Virus record (IMG/VR): IMGVR_UViG_3300023109_003548
Coordinates: 1 to 24,371 of that record
Strand: one strand, 5' to 3'
Length of the DNA stretch: 24,371 nt
Source of the DNA: a virus
Lineage: Duplodnaviria > Caudoviricetes
In this document: positions 8,148 to 16,856 of the stretch, piece by piece
How positions within the stretch are numbered: the stretch's first letter is position 1
Layout: every line of letters begins with the position of its first letter
Program-made: the position numbers and the translations under genes
The notes under the pieces: model-generated
What the model was told of the DNA's origin: nothing
Databases searched by the model: none
The model's input: the letters and a program-made list of their open reading frames with translations, nothing else

Positions 8148-9661
8148 TATAGATTGGGTACCTCTTCCCCTAGTTCCATTAATGCTCCGACTCCAGCGGA
8201 CTGCATGTGGTCTATCATATCTTGGAGGTCACCTCTTTCTTCTAGCGAGAAGTTTTCCATATGAAGATTGATGTAATTCTTTTTCTTGCTTCCGTCTGGC
8301 ATTTCTACTGGCTGAAGCGCCCTGTGAACTTCTTTACCTAACCATCTATATTTTAGGCATATTAATTTATGAGTTCCAAAGTTTTCAGGCTCTTCTTGAA
8401 TTTCATCCATAGTTTTTTGCCTCAATAAAAATAAGTGAGAACAAAACTGGGTTATTTGGTCTGATAGAGACACTATACTTTCATCGTCAATCACGTTATC
8501 TGCGCTTCTATTATTAGTGATACCTAATCTGTTACTTTGTACGCTTGTAAGCATTGCAACTGTAGGTTTTCCATTGAAGCATAATTCTTTTTGTATTAAT
8601 TGTTTGAATTTATCAACCATTCTGCCGACCGTTTCCCAACTACTTGCCCCGCCCTGCCTTTCATATGTAGTTTTAATATAGTCAAAACTAAAGAGCATTG
8701 AGTTGCCCCTTCCAACTTCAGAGTAATAAAACCTGCGAATAATATTAAGCATGCTGTCTATACTGTGGCCAGCTACGTTATAGTAGTAGAATTTAAAATC
8801 TTTTACTTTAGCCCATGTGCTTCTGACTTTAGCTATTACTTCATCTCCAGCTTGTCTCCATCTACCTGTTTCAAGCAAGTGCATGGGTACGCCTGACAGA
8901 GCCGAGCATTGTCTTATTATTAATTCTTCTTTACTCATTTCTCCATTGTCAAAGTGTAAAATTGGAACATTACTATTAAGCGCCGAAACTTTTGTGCAGA
9001 AGTCCATGCAAAACTGAGTTTTTCCCACTCCAGCTCTAGCTACTACAACAGTAATATTTCCAGGCCTAAATAAAGATCCATATAATTCGTTTACTCTTTG
9101 GTGCGGTCCCATCAATCCAAATTCATCAATAGGATTATTACCTCTTTCTTCAATAAAGTCTTCCATGTCGTCAAATAAATTTTCAGGTTTATTCGACCCA
9201 ATTTCGTAAAGATTTATTTTGTCGTTATATATTTTATCTGCTTCACTTACTATATCGTCAAAGGTTGCTCCGGGGGACATATTTTTCATATTCTTTGCAA
9301 CTTCTACGGATGCATTATGTATCTCCCTTCTGACCGTAATTTTCTTGAGTTCTTGTGCGGCTTTTAATACCCCCTCTTTTGAGATTTGTCGCATAGATAA
9401 TGCTTTAATATAATCTGCGATGTTAATATTATCCTCGAATGAAATATTAAGAGCTTGTACTCTTTGCGTTAATATAACTTCATCAAGGGCGTCTCCTCCT
9501 TCTAAAGCATGCCTTAGGATAGAGAAGATTGTTTTATTTACGATCGTGTTCTTGTCGTAAAAATCGTCTTGATTGATAAACGCCGCTATCAGTGGATAGC
9601 TTTCTGGGTATTTTATTAAACCCGCAATTAAGTGTTGTTCTAGTTCGTGTGAATATACCAT
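8147..9661 (-). CDS. Replicative DNA helicase, DnaB family
   Basis: N-terminal ELEQHLIAGLI, Walker A ARAGVGKT, GEMS, Walker B FDYIK, SVQSNR, SDQITQ, KYR. Confidence 0.9.
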   Translation of the reverse strand: MVYSHELEQHLIAGLIKYPESYPLIAAFINQDDFYDKNTIVNKTIFSILRHALEGGDALDEVILTQRVQALNISFEDNINIADYIKALSMRQISKEGVLKAAQELKKITVRREIHNASVEVAKNMKNMSPGATFDDIVSEADKIYNDKINLYEIGSNKPENLFDDMEDFIEERGNNPIDEFGLMGPHQRVNELYGSLFRPGNITVVVARAGVGKTQFCMDFCTKVSALNSNVPILHFDNGEMSKEELIIRQCSALSGVPMHLLETGRWRQAGDEVIAKVRSTWAKVKDFKFYYYNVAGHSIDSMLNIIRRFYYSEVGRGNSMLFSFDYIKTTYERQGGASSWETVGRMVDKFKQLIQKELCFNGKPTVAMLTSVQSNRLGITNNRSADNVIDDESIVSLSDQITQFCSHLFLLRQKTMDEIQEEPENFGTHKLICLKYRWLGKEVHRALQPVEMPDGSKKKNYINLHMENFSLEERGDLQDMIDHMQSAGVGALMELGEEVPNL

Positions 9662-9696
9662 TCTTACATGGTATCACAGAAAACTTAAAAAGTCAA
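9662..9696 (-). promoter_or_regulatory. Sigma70-type promoter, leaderless, for the helicase-primase operon
   Basis: TTGACT (9696-9691), N17 ending in TGA, TACCAT (9673-9668), GTAAGA, then ATG. The -35 overlaps the upstream TGA stop. Confidence 0.8.
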
Positions 9697-9974
9697 GGGG
9701 TTTCTTCGTCGCCGAACTCAGGCGGTAAATTTAATTCTATTTCTTGAGCAGAAACCTGCTCTAAATATTGCTCTAAAGCTTTTCTTAAACCCATTTCTAC
9801 TATTGGGGAATTAGCTTTTGTTATAATTGAAGGAAGTCCATCTTGGTTTACGAAAGATAGTATAAAGCCGCTATCTCCCGAATTAGACCCTGTGAACTCA
9901 AATAGTTGACTAAGAATACTTTCTGGCAAATTAAATCTCGATAAATTTTCTGGATCAATAAAGTCGTCGCTCAT
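9693..9974 (-). CDS. Small acidic hypothetical phage protein
   Basis: 93-aa ORF filling the gap on the operon strand, preceded by GTGTA-N9-ATG. Confidence 0.75.
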   Translation of the reverse strand: MSDDFIDPENLSRFNLPESILSQLFEFTGSNSGDSGFILSFVNQDGLPSIITKANSPIVEMGLRKALEQYLEQVSAQEIELNLPPEFGDEETP

Positions 9975-9988
9975 ATAATATATTACAC
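9975..9988 (-). promoter_or_regulatory. GTGTA motif promoter candidate
   Basis: GTGTA-ATATATTAT-ATG. Confidence 0.6.
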
Positions 9989-9991
9989 CAA

Positions 9992-10402
9992 CTACAAAAT
10001 AACACCAAAACTTTCGAAAAGTTTCTCATTCACTTCGTCTCCGTCATATATTTCAACTAATTGTATATCATTTAATTCACAAAATTTCAATTTATCTCTA
10101 TCTCTTTTTAATTGATTAAGGTAGTTGATTTTATTTTTGCCATGAAAGAATGGAACATATTTTGTGTGTTGTTTTCCTTGTACTTCAACTGCTATTTTTT
10201 TATTAGCGTTATAAAAGTCGAGGGACAGTTTGGTTCCTGCGACAGGAAACTCTTCAAATACAATATGATTGCTCCAGTACTTTTTTAAGAATTGTTTTGC
10301 ATTAAATTGTATTTTACTTCTACTTGACCCGTCCCAGTCTATCAAATGCTTTTTAGCTTTCTTAACAGTGCGGACTGCGCCTGTTAAAGTTTTAAAGCGC
10401 AT
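9992..10402 (-). CDS. Vsr/DUF559-like restriction-fold endonuclease
   Basis: EEFPV, LSLDFY....IAVEVQGKQH, RDRDK..FC..NDI.LVEI. Confidence 0.75.
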   Translation of the reverse strand: MRFKTLTGAVRTVKKAKKHLIDWDGSSRSKIQFNAKQFLKKYWSNHIVFEEFPVAGTKLSLDFYNANKKIAVEVQGKQHTKYVPFFHGKNKINYLNQLKRDRDKLKFCELNDIQLVEIYDGDEVNEKLFESFGVIL

Positions 10403-11498
10403 TAGTTAAATTCTTGAAGTCTTCGTAAAGAAAGTCTGCAAGAGCTTCGTTTTCTTCTAGGCAATCTATAAGTCTTTGCTCTCCCTGAAATTTTTCATTA
10501 ATCTCTAGGTCTTTGTCTTTTAATTCAGTTATTAAACCTTCTGATACGGATATCCAAGCTCCTTTTTTATCTATTAAATTAAAAAGATATAGCATGTCAA
10601 GAATTTCCCTGGCCCGCCAGACTGACTTTCCATTTTTTTGACCATATTTAATAGGGTATCTTACTGTGGATCCTGTTTTTTCATTTACGCTTTTTCTAAA
10701 GCGAATCTTGCAGTAATGTCCAATCGGTTCACCTTTCTCATCTAGTTTTGTTGCGGTTGGATTTTTAAAAATTAAATCAGAATTGTACCTCTCTTCGAAT
10801 TCTAAGATAAAGTTGGCGTAATGTTTGATTGCATTTCCTCCTGCTTGTTTGACTTTCGGCCCGCCTCTAGCGGCATACGGGTTCGTTGCAACTTCAACAC
10901 GAACTTGACTTGTTAAAATCATTGTGTGCCCCATTTTTGTAATTGGCAAAACCATCTTCTTTAAGAAGACGGATGTAATTAATGCTCCTCCCGCCACCTG
11001 TTCGCTTTCTGCAAATGGTTTATCAATATCACCTACTCTACAAAGCGCATCAACGCTATCAATGATAAACATATACCTCTTATCATTGTCATTATTAAAA
11101 ACAAGTTCACGCACTAATTCGAACACCTTTTCAAAAATGTTACAGTCAAAGCAAAAGAATTTTTCTGGATTAGTATCAATGCCAGACCTTTCGATCATTT
11201 CGGGGCTAAATCTTCCTTCGCTTTTTATGTATATAATCATACCTTTTTTGCCGAAGTGCTTTTGGAAATTTTTAGCAAATGCCATAGCACAGCTTGTCTT
11301 GCCCCCTTCATTAATTCCTGTAAATCTATGAGCGCCACCAGGAAGTCCTCCACCTAAAGCTATGTCAAGATTAAGGCTGCCGCTAGGAATTTTATATTCT
11401 TCTGATTCGCAGAAGTTGTAGTGATATTTTTGGTTGTCTTTGTCACTAAGAAATTTTGCGATTTGATCTGTAGTTTGTATGTCTTTTGTTTTACTCAT
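10392..11498 (-). CDS. RecA/UvsX-like recombinase
   Basis: SGSLNLDIALGGGLP, Walker A GINEGGKTS, Walker B FIIDSVDAL, TSQVR, AGGNAIKHYA, KKGAW. Confidence 0.9.
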   Translation of the reverse strand: MSKTKDIQTTDQIAKFLSDKDNQKYHYNFCESEEYKIPSGSLNLDIALGGGLPGGAHRFTGINEGGKTSCAMAFAKNFQKHFGKKGMIIYIKSEGRFSPEMIERSGIDTNPEKFFCFDCNIFEKVFELVRELVFNNDNDKRYMFIIDSVDALCRVGDIDKPFAESEQVAGGALITSVFLKKMVLPITKMGHTMILTSQVRVEVATNPYAARGGPKVKQAGGNAIKHYANFILEFEERYNSDLIFKNPTATKLDEKGEPIGHYCKIRFRKSVNEKTGSTVRYPIKYGQKNGKSVWRAREILDMLYLFNLIDKKGAWISVSEGLITELKDKDLEINEKFQGEQRLIDCLEENEALADFLYEDFKNLTNAL

Positions 11499-11823
11499 CT
11501 AAGAATTGTCGTATTGTTTTTGGTTTTTTCGAGATTAATTTATCTTTTCCGGATTTTTCTCCAAGAGGTATTTCTACTTTTTCTGGAATTTTATAATTAA
11601 ACTCAAGGTATAATTTTTTTAAAGTATTTAATCCGTACTCAGATCTTAATATCGCTAGCGATGAAACCTTGGGTAGATTTATCTTTTGCCAAAAATCCTC
11701 ATTAGGAAAAATTGACATTAAATCATTTAATAGCTTCATCTCTCGAGCCCAGAACATTCTCTTTTGACTCTTGGGTTCGATTACGAATTTTTTAATAAGG
11801 TCGCGCTTGTTTAACTTTTTCAC
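11491..11823 (-). CDS. Small basic hypothetical protein (GTG start)
   Basis: 110-aa Lys-rich ORF directly after a sigma70-type promoter, overlapping the recombinase start. Confidence 0.7.
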   Translation of the reverse strand: MKKLNKRDLIKKFVIEPKSQKRMFWAREMKLLNDLMSIFPNEDFWQKINLPKVSSLAILRSEYGLNTLKKLYLEFNYKIPEKVEIPLGEKSGKDKLISKKPKTIRQFLDE

Positions 11824-11858
11824 ACAAGCACTATAGCATTATATGTAATGAAAGTCAA
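11824..11858 (-). promoter_or_regulatory. Sigma70-type promoter, leaderless, for the recombinase operon
   Basis: TTGACT (11858-11853), N17 ending in TGC, TATAGT (11835-11830), GCTTGT, then GTG. The -35 overlaps the upstream TGA stop. Confidence 0.8.
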
Positions 11859-13846
11859 GGACAAAAAGTATATTCTGGCTTGTTTTTTCTGAAGTCAGAA
11901 TTATTCATTCTTGGGTCAATCATGTTTTTTATTTTGTTATTAAATATTAATTTTAATTTAGCTTCCTGTCTTTCTTCGCACTCTGCATCAAGATCGTGTG
12001 CGAGTTGAGTAAAGCTGGAAATCTGAACTTGATTGAAATTATCTTCTTTTGCGAACTTATGAATTCCTCCTAATACAGATGGAACAACTAGTTCATACAT
12101 ATTATTGGATAATGCGTGAATTTGAGTGATTAGCATTTTTTTATTTTTAATAGACAAGTTCTCTTCTAGAAGTTTATTTTTTTGATCAATTAGACTTGAT
12201 ATTTTGTTTTTCAGGTCTTCATTTGGATCAGGTATTTTTCTATTTTTTAATTCTATATTTTCTGTTTCGAGACATTGCTTGTCGGATTCTAATACTTCAA
12301 TTTGAGATTTTATCTTTTTAAATTCTTCAAGATTAATGCATATTTCTGATTTTAATTCTGCGATTGTTTCCTTGTGTTTATTGTGGTCGCCTAATACAGC
12401 CTTTATCTCTTTCGCGCTTTTAATTGTTTCTTCGGCGCGATCTAGTAATTTGTTTTTCTTGATTTTTATTTCTTTAATTTCTTCTTGAGCTATTTCTTTT
12501 TGAGATATTAATTCTTCAAGCTCTGCCGAAATCGTAGAAGTGTCTTCCTGTTTAAGGAGTTCTCTTTGAGATTCTATTTTTAATTTACGAAGAGTTTCTT
12601 TATTTTCACATATTTCGCCTTGATATTTTTGAACTTGATTTTCTTGTAGTTCAATAATCTTTTTTTCTTGTTCTATATCTTTTTTGCGCTCCTCAATGTC
12701 TATTTGTTCTTTTTCTAACATCTTTTGTTGAGCTTCAAGCTCAGCGATTTTCTCGAATACTATAGCTTCGTCTTGCATCGCTTTGGGGAATTTTTTACTT
12801 AAACTTATGTGAGCGGCCAATACAAGTAATACGGCAAGAGGGTCGAATACAAAAATCAATATAATTATTACAATTCTTACTGCTTTGCCTATATCAAATT
12901 CCATACCTGTAAAATCTGCGATAAGTTCTGCAACATATTTCACTGGTCCAACTTCTGCCTCTAATTGTCTTGATCCGTCATCAAGGTCAAATTTTTGCCT
13001 TTCAAGATCATCGATGCGATTTAATGCATCTGAGATATTTTTATTTAATTCTTCTATTTTTAATTCTACATTTTCAGGTTTTTCAAATCCTATTGTTTGA
13101 TAGTCCTGTATTCTTTTTCTTATTTCAGACACAAGATTTGAGGTTTCATTTCTATATTTAGAAATTCTATTTTCTATTTCTTTTTTCTTTGAACTTAATT
13201 CTTCTCTTTCTGAGGCTTGGTCTGATATTTTTTGTTCCACCTCTTTCTTTTTGTTAGAGAATAATCCGCCTGATTTATTTTTGACCGCATTTAGTTCTTC
13301 ATTTAATTGATTGATTCTTGCTTGAATTGGTTGAAGCATTTTATTGTCAAGATCTATGTCTTTTTCTAACTGCTCTGTTAATTGCGAAATTTTCTTTTGT
13401 TCTAGTTCTATATTTTCAGAACTTTTATCTGATAGATTTCGATTTTTTTCTTTATTTTGAGATATTAATTCTTTTTGTCTTTGTATGTATTCATTTTCTC
13501 TTTCAATTTTAGTTTCAACTTGTTCTACTAAAGCTTGAGATTTTATACTATTTTGTTCGTGTTCAATATGAGACTTTGATAAAAAGCCAAAAATCCCCAT
13601 ACTTGTAATTCCCATTAATACAACAATCGCAGAGAATAAATAAATTTTTAAAGTTGTTGGCGCCGACTTCCAGTTTTTGTGAAGCCAGATTGCTGCAACA
13701 ATTTTTCCAACTTCTAGGGCTGCACCCATAGCGATTACAGCTTCAATTGAACCTGGGAAGATTGTGGCGAGTCCTATTATACTAAAATAAGCAGCGATTA
13801 CAGAAATACTTAACGCTGAAAGCAATGTGAAAATAGCAAAGATCAT
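11855..13846 (-). CDS. Membrane-anchored long coiled-coil protein
   Basis: Three N-terminal hydrophobic helices, an E/K/Q heptad-rich region, a central hydrophobic stretch (RIVIIILIFVFDPLAVLLVLAA), then a second coiled coil. Confidence 0.8.
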   Translation of the reverse strand: MIFAIFTLLSALSISVIAAYFSIIGLATIFPGSIEAVIAMGAALEVGKIVAAIWLHKNWKSAPTTLKIYLFSAIVVLMGITSMGIFGFLSKSHIEHEQNSIKSQALVEQVETKIERENEYIQRQKELISQNKEKNRNLSDKSSENIELEQKKISQLTEQLEKDIDLDNKMLQPIQARINQLNEELNAVKNKSGGLFSNKKKEVEQKISDQASEREELSSKKKEIENRISKYRNETSNLVSEIRKRIQDYQTIGFEKPENVELKIEELNKNISDALNRIDDLERQKFDLDDGSRQLEAEVGPVKYVAELIADFTGMEFDIGKAVRIVIIILIFVFDPLAVLLVLAAHISLSKKFPKAMQDEAIVFEKIAELEAQQKMLEKEQIDIEERKKDIEQEKKIIELQENQVQKYQGEICENKETLRKLKIESQRELLKQEDTSTISAELEELISQKEIAQEEIKEIKIKKNKLLDRAEETIKSAKEIKAVLGDHNKHKETIAELKSEICINLEEFKKIKSQIEVLESDKQCLETENIELKNRKIPDPNEDLKNKISSLIDQKNKLLEENLSIKNKKMLITQIHALSNNMYELVVPSVLGGIHKFAKEDNFNQVQISSFTQLAHDLDAECEERQEAKLKLIFNNKIKNMIDPRMNNSDFRKNKPEYTFCP

Positions 13847-14082
13847 GGTATTTTATAATTTGAATTTGGTGGTTGTTTTTTGTTTGTTGAGTCTATTGTT
13901 GAAATATTGTCTCGATTTGAGTTTGAATAATAACCGCCGTTATCGTTTGGGTAATAAGTTCTATCTCCTTTTTGAGCACTTGGGTCTACTTCTTGCTGAG
14001 ACGGATAATCAAATTCTCCAGGAGTAGAATCTCTATTGTCATTAGGGTATCTAAAGTTTGGATCTGTATTATGTTGACTCAT
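13843..14082 (-). CDS. Small low-complexity (N/D/P/S/Y-rich) hypothetical protein
   Basis: 79 aa with YPNDN twice. ATGA-coupled to the downstream gene and preceded by GTGTA-N10-ATG. Confidence 0.6.
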   Translation of the reverse strand: MSQHNTDPNFRYPNDNRDSTPGEFDYPSQQEVDPSAQKGDRTYYPNDNGGYYSNSNRDNISTIDSTNKKQPPNSNYKIP

Positions 14083-14097
14083 AAGATTTAATTACAC
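14083..14097 (-). promoter_or_regulatory. GTGTA motif promoter candidate
   Basis: GTGTA-ATTAAATCTT-ATG. Confidence 0.6.
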
Positions 14098-14098
14098 T

Positions 14099-14278
14099 TT
14101 AAATATCTAGTAGTTCAGACATTTTTACTGTAATCAGTTGGCCGTTATCTAATTCGATAACAGCGAATAAAGCTCCATCATCTGCACCTCCAAGCTCTTC
14201 GTATTCGTTAAGGACTGTACCTCCGATTTCTCCATTTTCAGTGATAACGGTGCATCTTTTTTTCTTTTTGTCAGACAT
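14099..14278 (-). CDS. 59-aa hypothetical protein (not in the ORF track)
   Basis: MSDKKKKRCTVITENGEIGGTVLNEYEELGGADDGALFAVIELDNGQLITVKMSELLDI*. Fills the gap exactly and is preceded by GTGTA-N9-ATG. Confidence 0.75.
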   Translation of the reverse strand: MSDKKKKRCTVITENGEIGGTVLNEYEELGGADDGALFAVIELDNGQLITVKMSELLDI

Positions 14279-14371
14279 AATTACATATACACATTTTCAT
14301 AATTTTAAAAGTCTCAAAGTTAACTTTTAACTTTTAGTAGACTTTGCTTTAACTTTTGTGTACCATAAAGG
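14279..14371. promoter_or_regulatory. Divergent control region: back-to-back GTGTA promoters flanking ACTTT repeats and a 12-bp palindrome
   Basis: GTGTA on minus at 14292-14288 and on plus at 14358-14362, each 9 nt before an ATG. AAAGTTAACTTT at 14316-14327. ACTTT at 14323, 14330, 14341 and 14352. Confidence 0.65.
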
Positions 14372-16351
14372 ATGAGCAAAAGAAAATATGTTAAGCGCTC
14401 TGATTATTGGAAGAAATTTGATAAAGATGAAGATAGTCTTCATGATATTTTAAATTCTCCCTTAATTGGGCCTTCTTCGTCGGGTGAGCCGTATTATGTA
14501 GAGTCCCAGGCAGCCTATAGTAGAACAAAATCTGGTTCAGAGGATTTTGCTTCTAGACGTAATGTAGCGCATAAATCTGATAAAAAACACAGATTTTCTA
14601 ATATATCAGGGGGAATGCTTCCATATGTTTACGGCGCTGACGGAGTTAATGTTAGGGACACCATTGAACTTTGTCAGAAAGCGTACGCAAACATAGCAGT
14701 TTTTAGAAATGCGATAGATGTTATGTCTGAATTCGCAAACTCAAATATTTATCTTGAAGGTGGAACTCAAAACTCAAGGGACTTTGTTTATAAATGGTTT
14801 GAAAGAATTAACCTTTGGAACTTAAAGGATCAATATTTTAGAGAATATTACAGAAGTGGAAATATATTTTTATATAGAGTTGACGGAACTTTTAGCCAAT
14901 CAGACTTTGATAAGATAACTAAAATTTATGGATCAGATTTATCTTTAAAGCCTGGAAATTTACCTGTTAAATATATTTTGCTTAATCCGTATGATATTGT
15001 TGCGACAAAAGGATCTTCTTTTGAGACAGGATTATATGAAAAGATATTGTCTGAATACGATATCGAGAGATTAAAGAATCCGAAAACCGAGTATGATCAA
15101 CAGGTCTACGAGGCATTAAGCGATGATACCAAAGAAAAGATTAGGACTGGAAAGTATAACAGTGACGGAATAAGAATAAAACTTGATCCCGGTAATCTTG
15201 TATATTCTTTTTATAAAAAACAAGACTATGAACCTTTCGCAATTCCTTTTGGATATCCAGTACTGGATGATATTAATTTTAAATTAGAACTAAAACAGAT
15301 TGACCAAGCAATTTGCAGAACTATTGAAAATGTAATATTGTTAATAACAATGGGAGCTGAGCCTGATAAAGGTGGGATCAACCCCAGGAACATGGAGGCA
15401 ATGCAGAACCTATTTAAGAATGAAAGCGTTGGCAGGGTTCTTGTCAGCGATTATACTACTAAAGCTCAGTTTGTTATTCCTGATATTGGTAAAGTTGTTG
15501 GTCCATCAAAATACGAAGTTATCAATAACGATATTAAAGAGGGATTGCAGAATGTAATTATTGGAGATGAAAGGTACAGTAATACTCAGGTAAAAGCAAA
15601 AATATTTTTAGAAAGACTAGAAGAATCTAGAAATGCGTTCGTCTACGATTTCTTGCAACCTCAAGTTAAAATGATTTGTCAAAATTTAGGGTTCAGGAAA
15701 TATCCAACTGTAAAATTTGAGCAGACTGATATTAAAGATGAAGTTCAACTTCAAAGAGTTGCTACTAGATTAATGGAGTTAGGAATCATTACTCCAGAGC
15801 AGGGTATGGATGTTTTAGAGAAAGGCTCTTATCCTAAACCTAGAGATATGCAAGCTGCGCAAGAACAATATATAAAGCAAAGAAAGGAGGGTATGTATAA
15901 TCCGATTGTTGGTGGAGTTCCCATGATTGAGCCTGAAATCGGCAACGATTCTTCAGATCCTAAAACTACACAAGAAGTAGGTAGGCCCGTTGGAACTTCA
16001 GGTATTCCTCAGGATAATTCTTCGGCAGAGGAATTGTACTCGAGACAAGATCTTCAAGGCATTATATATGCCACAGAAGAATTGAGGAATCAAGGCTATA
16101 AGATTATGCGAAAAAAGTTAAACAAGAAAAGCCTTAAGAAAACCGAAAAAACAATGATAGACGAACTTTGTGAATCCGTTATCCTCGCTTCTTTGGAAGA
16201 TAGTTGGGAAAATCAATTACAAAGTTGTATTACTAATCCAAATGAAATAGAATCGCTTGATGTCAATTCACAAATTCAAGAATTATCTCTAAAGCACAAT
16301 TTAGATTTATATTCTGCTGCGATTTTATTTCATAGTAATAGGAGGAACTAA
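14372..16351 (+). CDS. Probable phage portal protein
   Basis: 659 aa, first gene of the structural arm. Portal-like pattern (AYANIAVFRNAIDVMSEFAN, YFREYYRSGNIFLYR, YILLNPYDI, AIPFGYPVLDDI, GIITPEQ, low-complexity GRP-containing tail). Recognised by pattern only. Confidence 0.62.
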   Translation: MSKRKYVKRSDYWKKFDKDEDSLHDILNSPLIGPSSSGEPYYVESQAAYSRTKSGSEDFASRRNVAHKSDKKHRFSNISGGMLPYVYGADGVNVRDTIELCQKAYANIAVFRNAIDVMSEFANSNIYLEGGTQNSRDFVYKWFERINLWNLKDQYFREYYRSGNIFLYRVDGTFSQSDFDKITKIYGSDLSLKPGNLPVKYILLNPYDIVATKGSSFETGLYEKILSEYDIERLKNPKTEYDQQVYEALSDDTKEKIRTGKYNSDGIRIKLDPGNLVYSFYKKQDYEPFAIPFGYPVLDDINFKLELKQIDQAICRTIENVILLITMGAEPDKGGINPRNMEAMQNLFKNESVGRVLVSDYTTKAQFVIPDIGKVVGPSKYEVINNDIKEGLQNVIIGDERYSNTQVKAKIFLERLEESRNAFVYDFLQPQVKMICQNLGFRKYPTVKFEQTDIKDEVQLQRVATRLMELGIITPEQGMDVLEKGSYPKPRDMQAAQEQYIKQRKEGMYNPIVGGVPMIEPEIGNDSSDPKTTQEVGRPVGTSGIPQDNSSAEELYSRQDLQGIIYATEELRNQGYKIMRKKLNKKSLKKTEKTMIDELCESVILASLEDSWENQLQSCITNPNEIESLDVNSQIQELSLKHNLDLYSAAILFHSNRRN

Positions 16352-16354
16352 GAA

Positions 16355-16834
16355 ATGGGCGCGTTTGAAACTTTCGTAAATGCCAACTTGGGCATAAGAA
16401 AGCCCTTAATTACAGATGTAGGGCCACCTTCTGGAAGTTTAAAGGCGGCTGGTATTGTGGGCTCTCATTATATTGATTCTGACACAAATTTTATATACGA
16501 AAAAACCGGAGAAAATAATTCTGAAGATTGGGTTAAAATTAGAAAGCTTGGAGAAACTTTAAATGATGCTATTGATGCCCAGCGAACTTTTTCTACTTCT
16601 TTAAATATTCCTACGGGAGTTGACACTTTATCTTATGATTATTCTAGCATAGGAGATGCTACAAGTTATAATACTCCTCCTCAGGTTTTAGTCTCCTTGA
16701 GATTGGACGAACAATCAGAATTCTTTTACGCATACAACACTTATAATGTGTCAACAACAGGATTTAATATATCATTTTCTGACCAAATGTTAGAAACTGG
16801 GAATTTTTTAGATATTTCTATACACCGAGACTAA
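16355..16834 (+). CDS. Hypothetical, probably virion structural protein (beta-rich, fibre/H-type-lectin-like C-terminus)
   Basis: 159 aa with GSHYIDSDT..IYEKTG...W and a Y.TPPQVLVS...NVSTTGFNISFS pattern typical of fibre or decoration modules. AGGAGG at 16340-16345. Confidence 0.55.
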   Translation: MGAFETFVNANLGIRKPLITDVGPPSGSLKAAGIVGSHYIDSDTNFIYEKTGENNSEDWVKIRKLGETLNDAIDAQRTFSTSLNIPTGVDTLSYDYSSIGDATSYNTPPQVLVSLRLDEQSEFFYAYNTYNVSTTGFNISFSDQMLETGNFLDISIHRD

Positions 16835-16840
16835 TTTACC

Positions 16841-16856
16841 GTGTAAATTGTGGGAC
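16841..16856 (+). promoter_or_regulatory. GTGTA motif promoter candidate
   Basis: GTGTA-AATTGTGGGAC-ATG(16857). Confidence 0.55.

Noticed and set aside
544-14027. Short plus-strand ORFs in the left arm (544, 1125, 5021, 5696, 6182, 6235, 6483, 6703, 7105, 7559, 8044, 8817, 9219, 10924, 12885, 12970, 13318, 13827) and nested 6172-6447
   Set aside because: All are antisense to, or nested within, well-supported genes and lack recognisable motifs. They are shadow ORFs.
16848-16856. TTG start at 16848 for the first DUF2827-like gene
   Set aside because: It lies within the GTGTA spacer. ATG at 16857 fits the motif spacing and aligns with the paralog N-terminus (MNIVLT vs MKIAIT).
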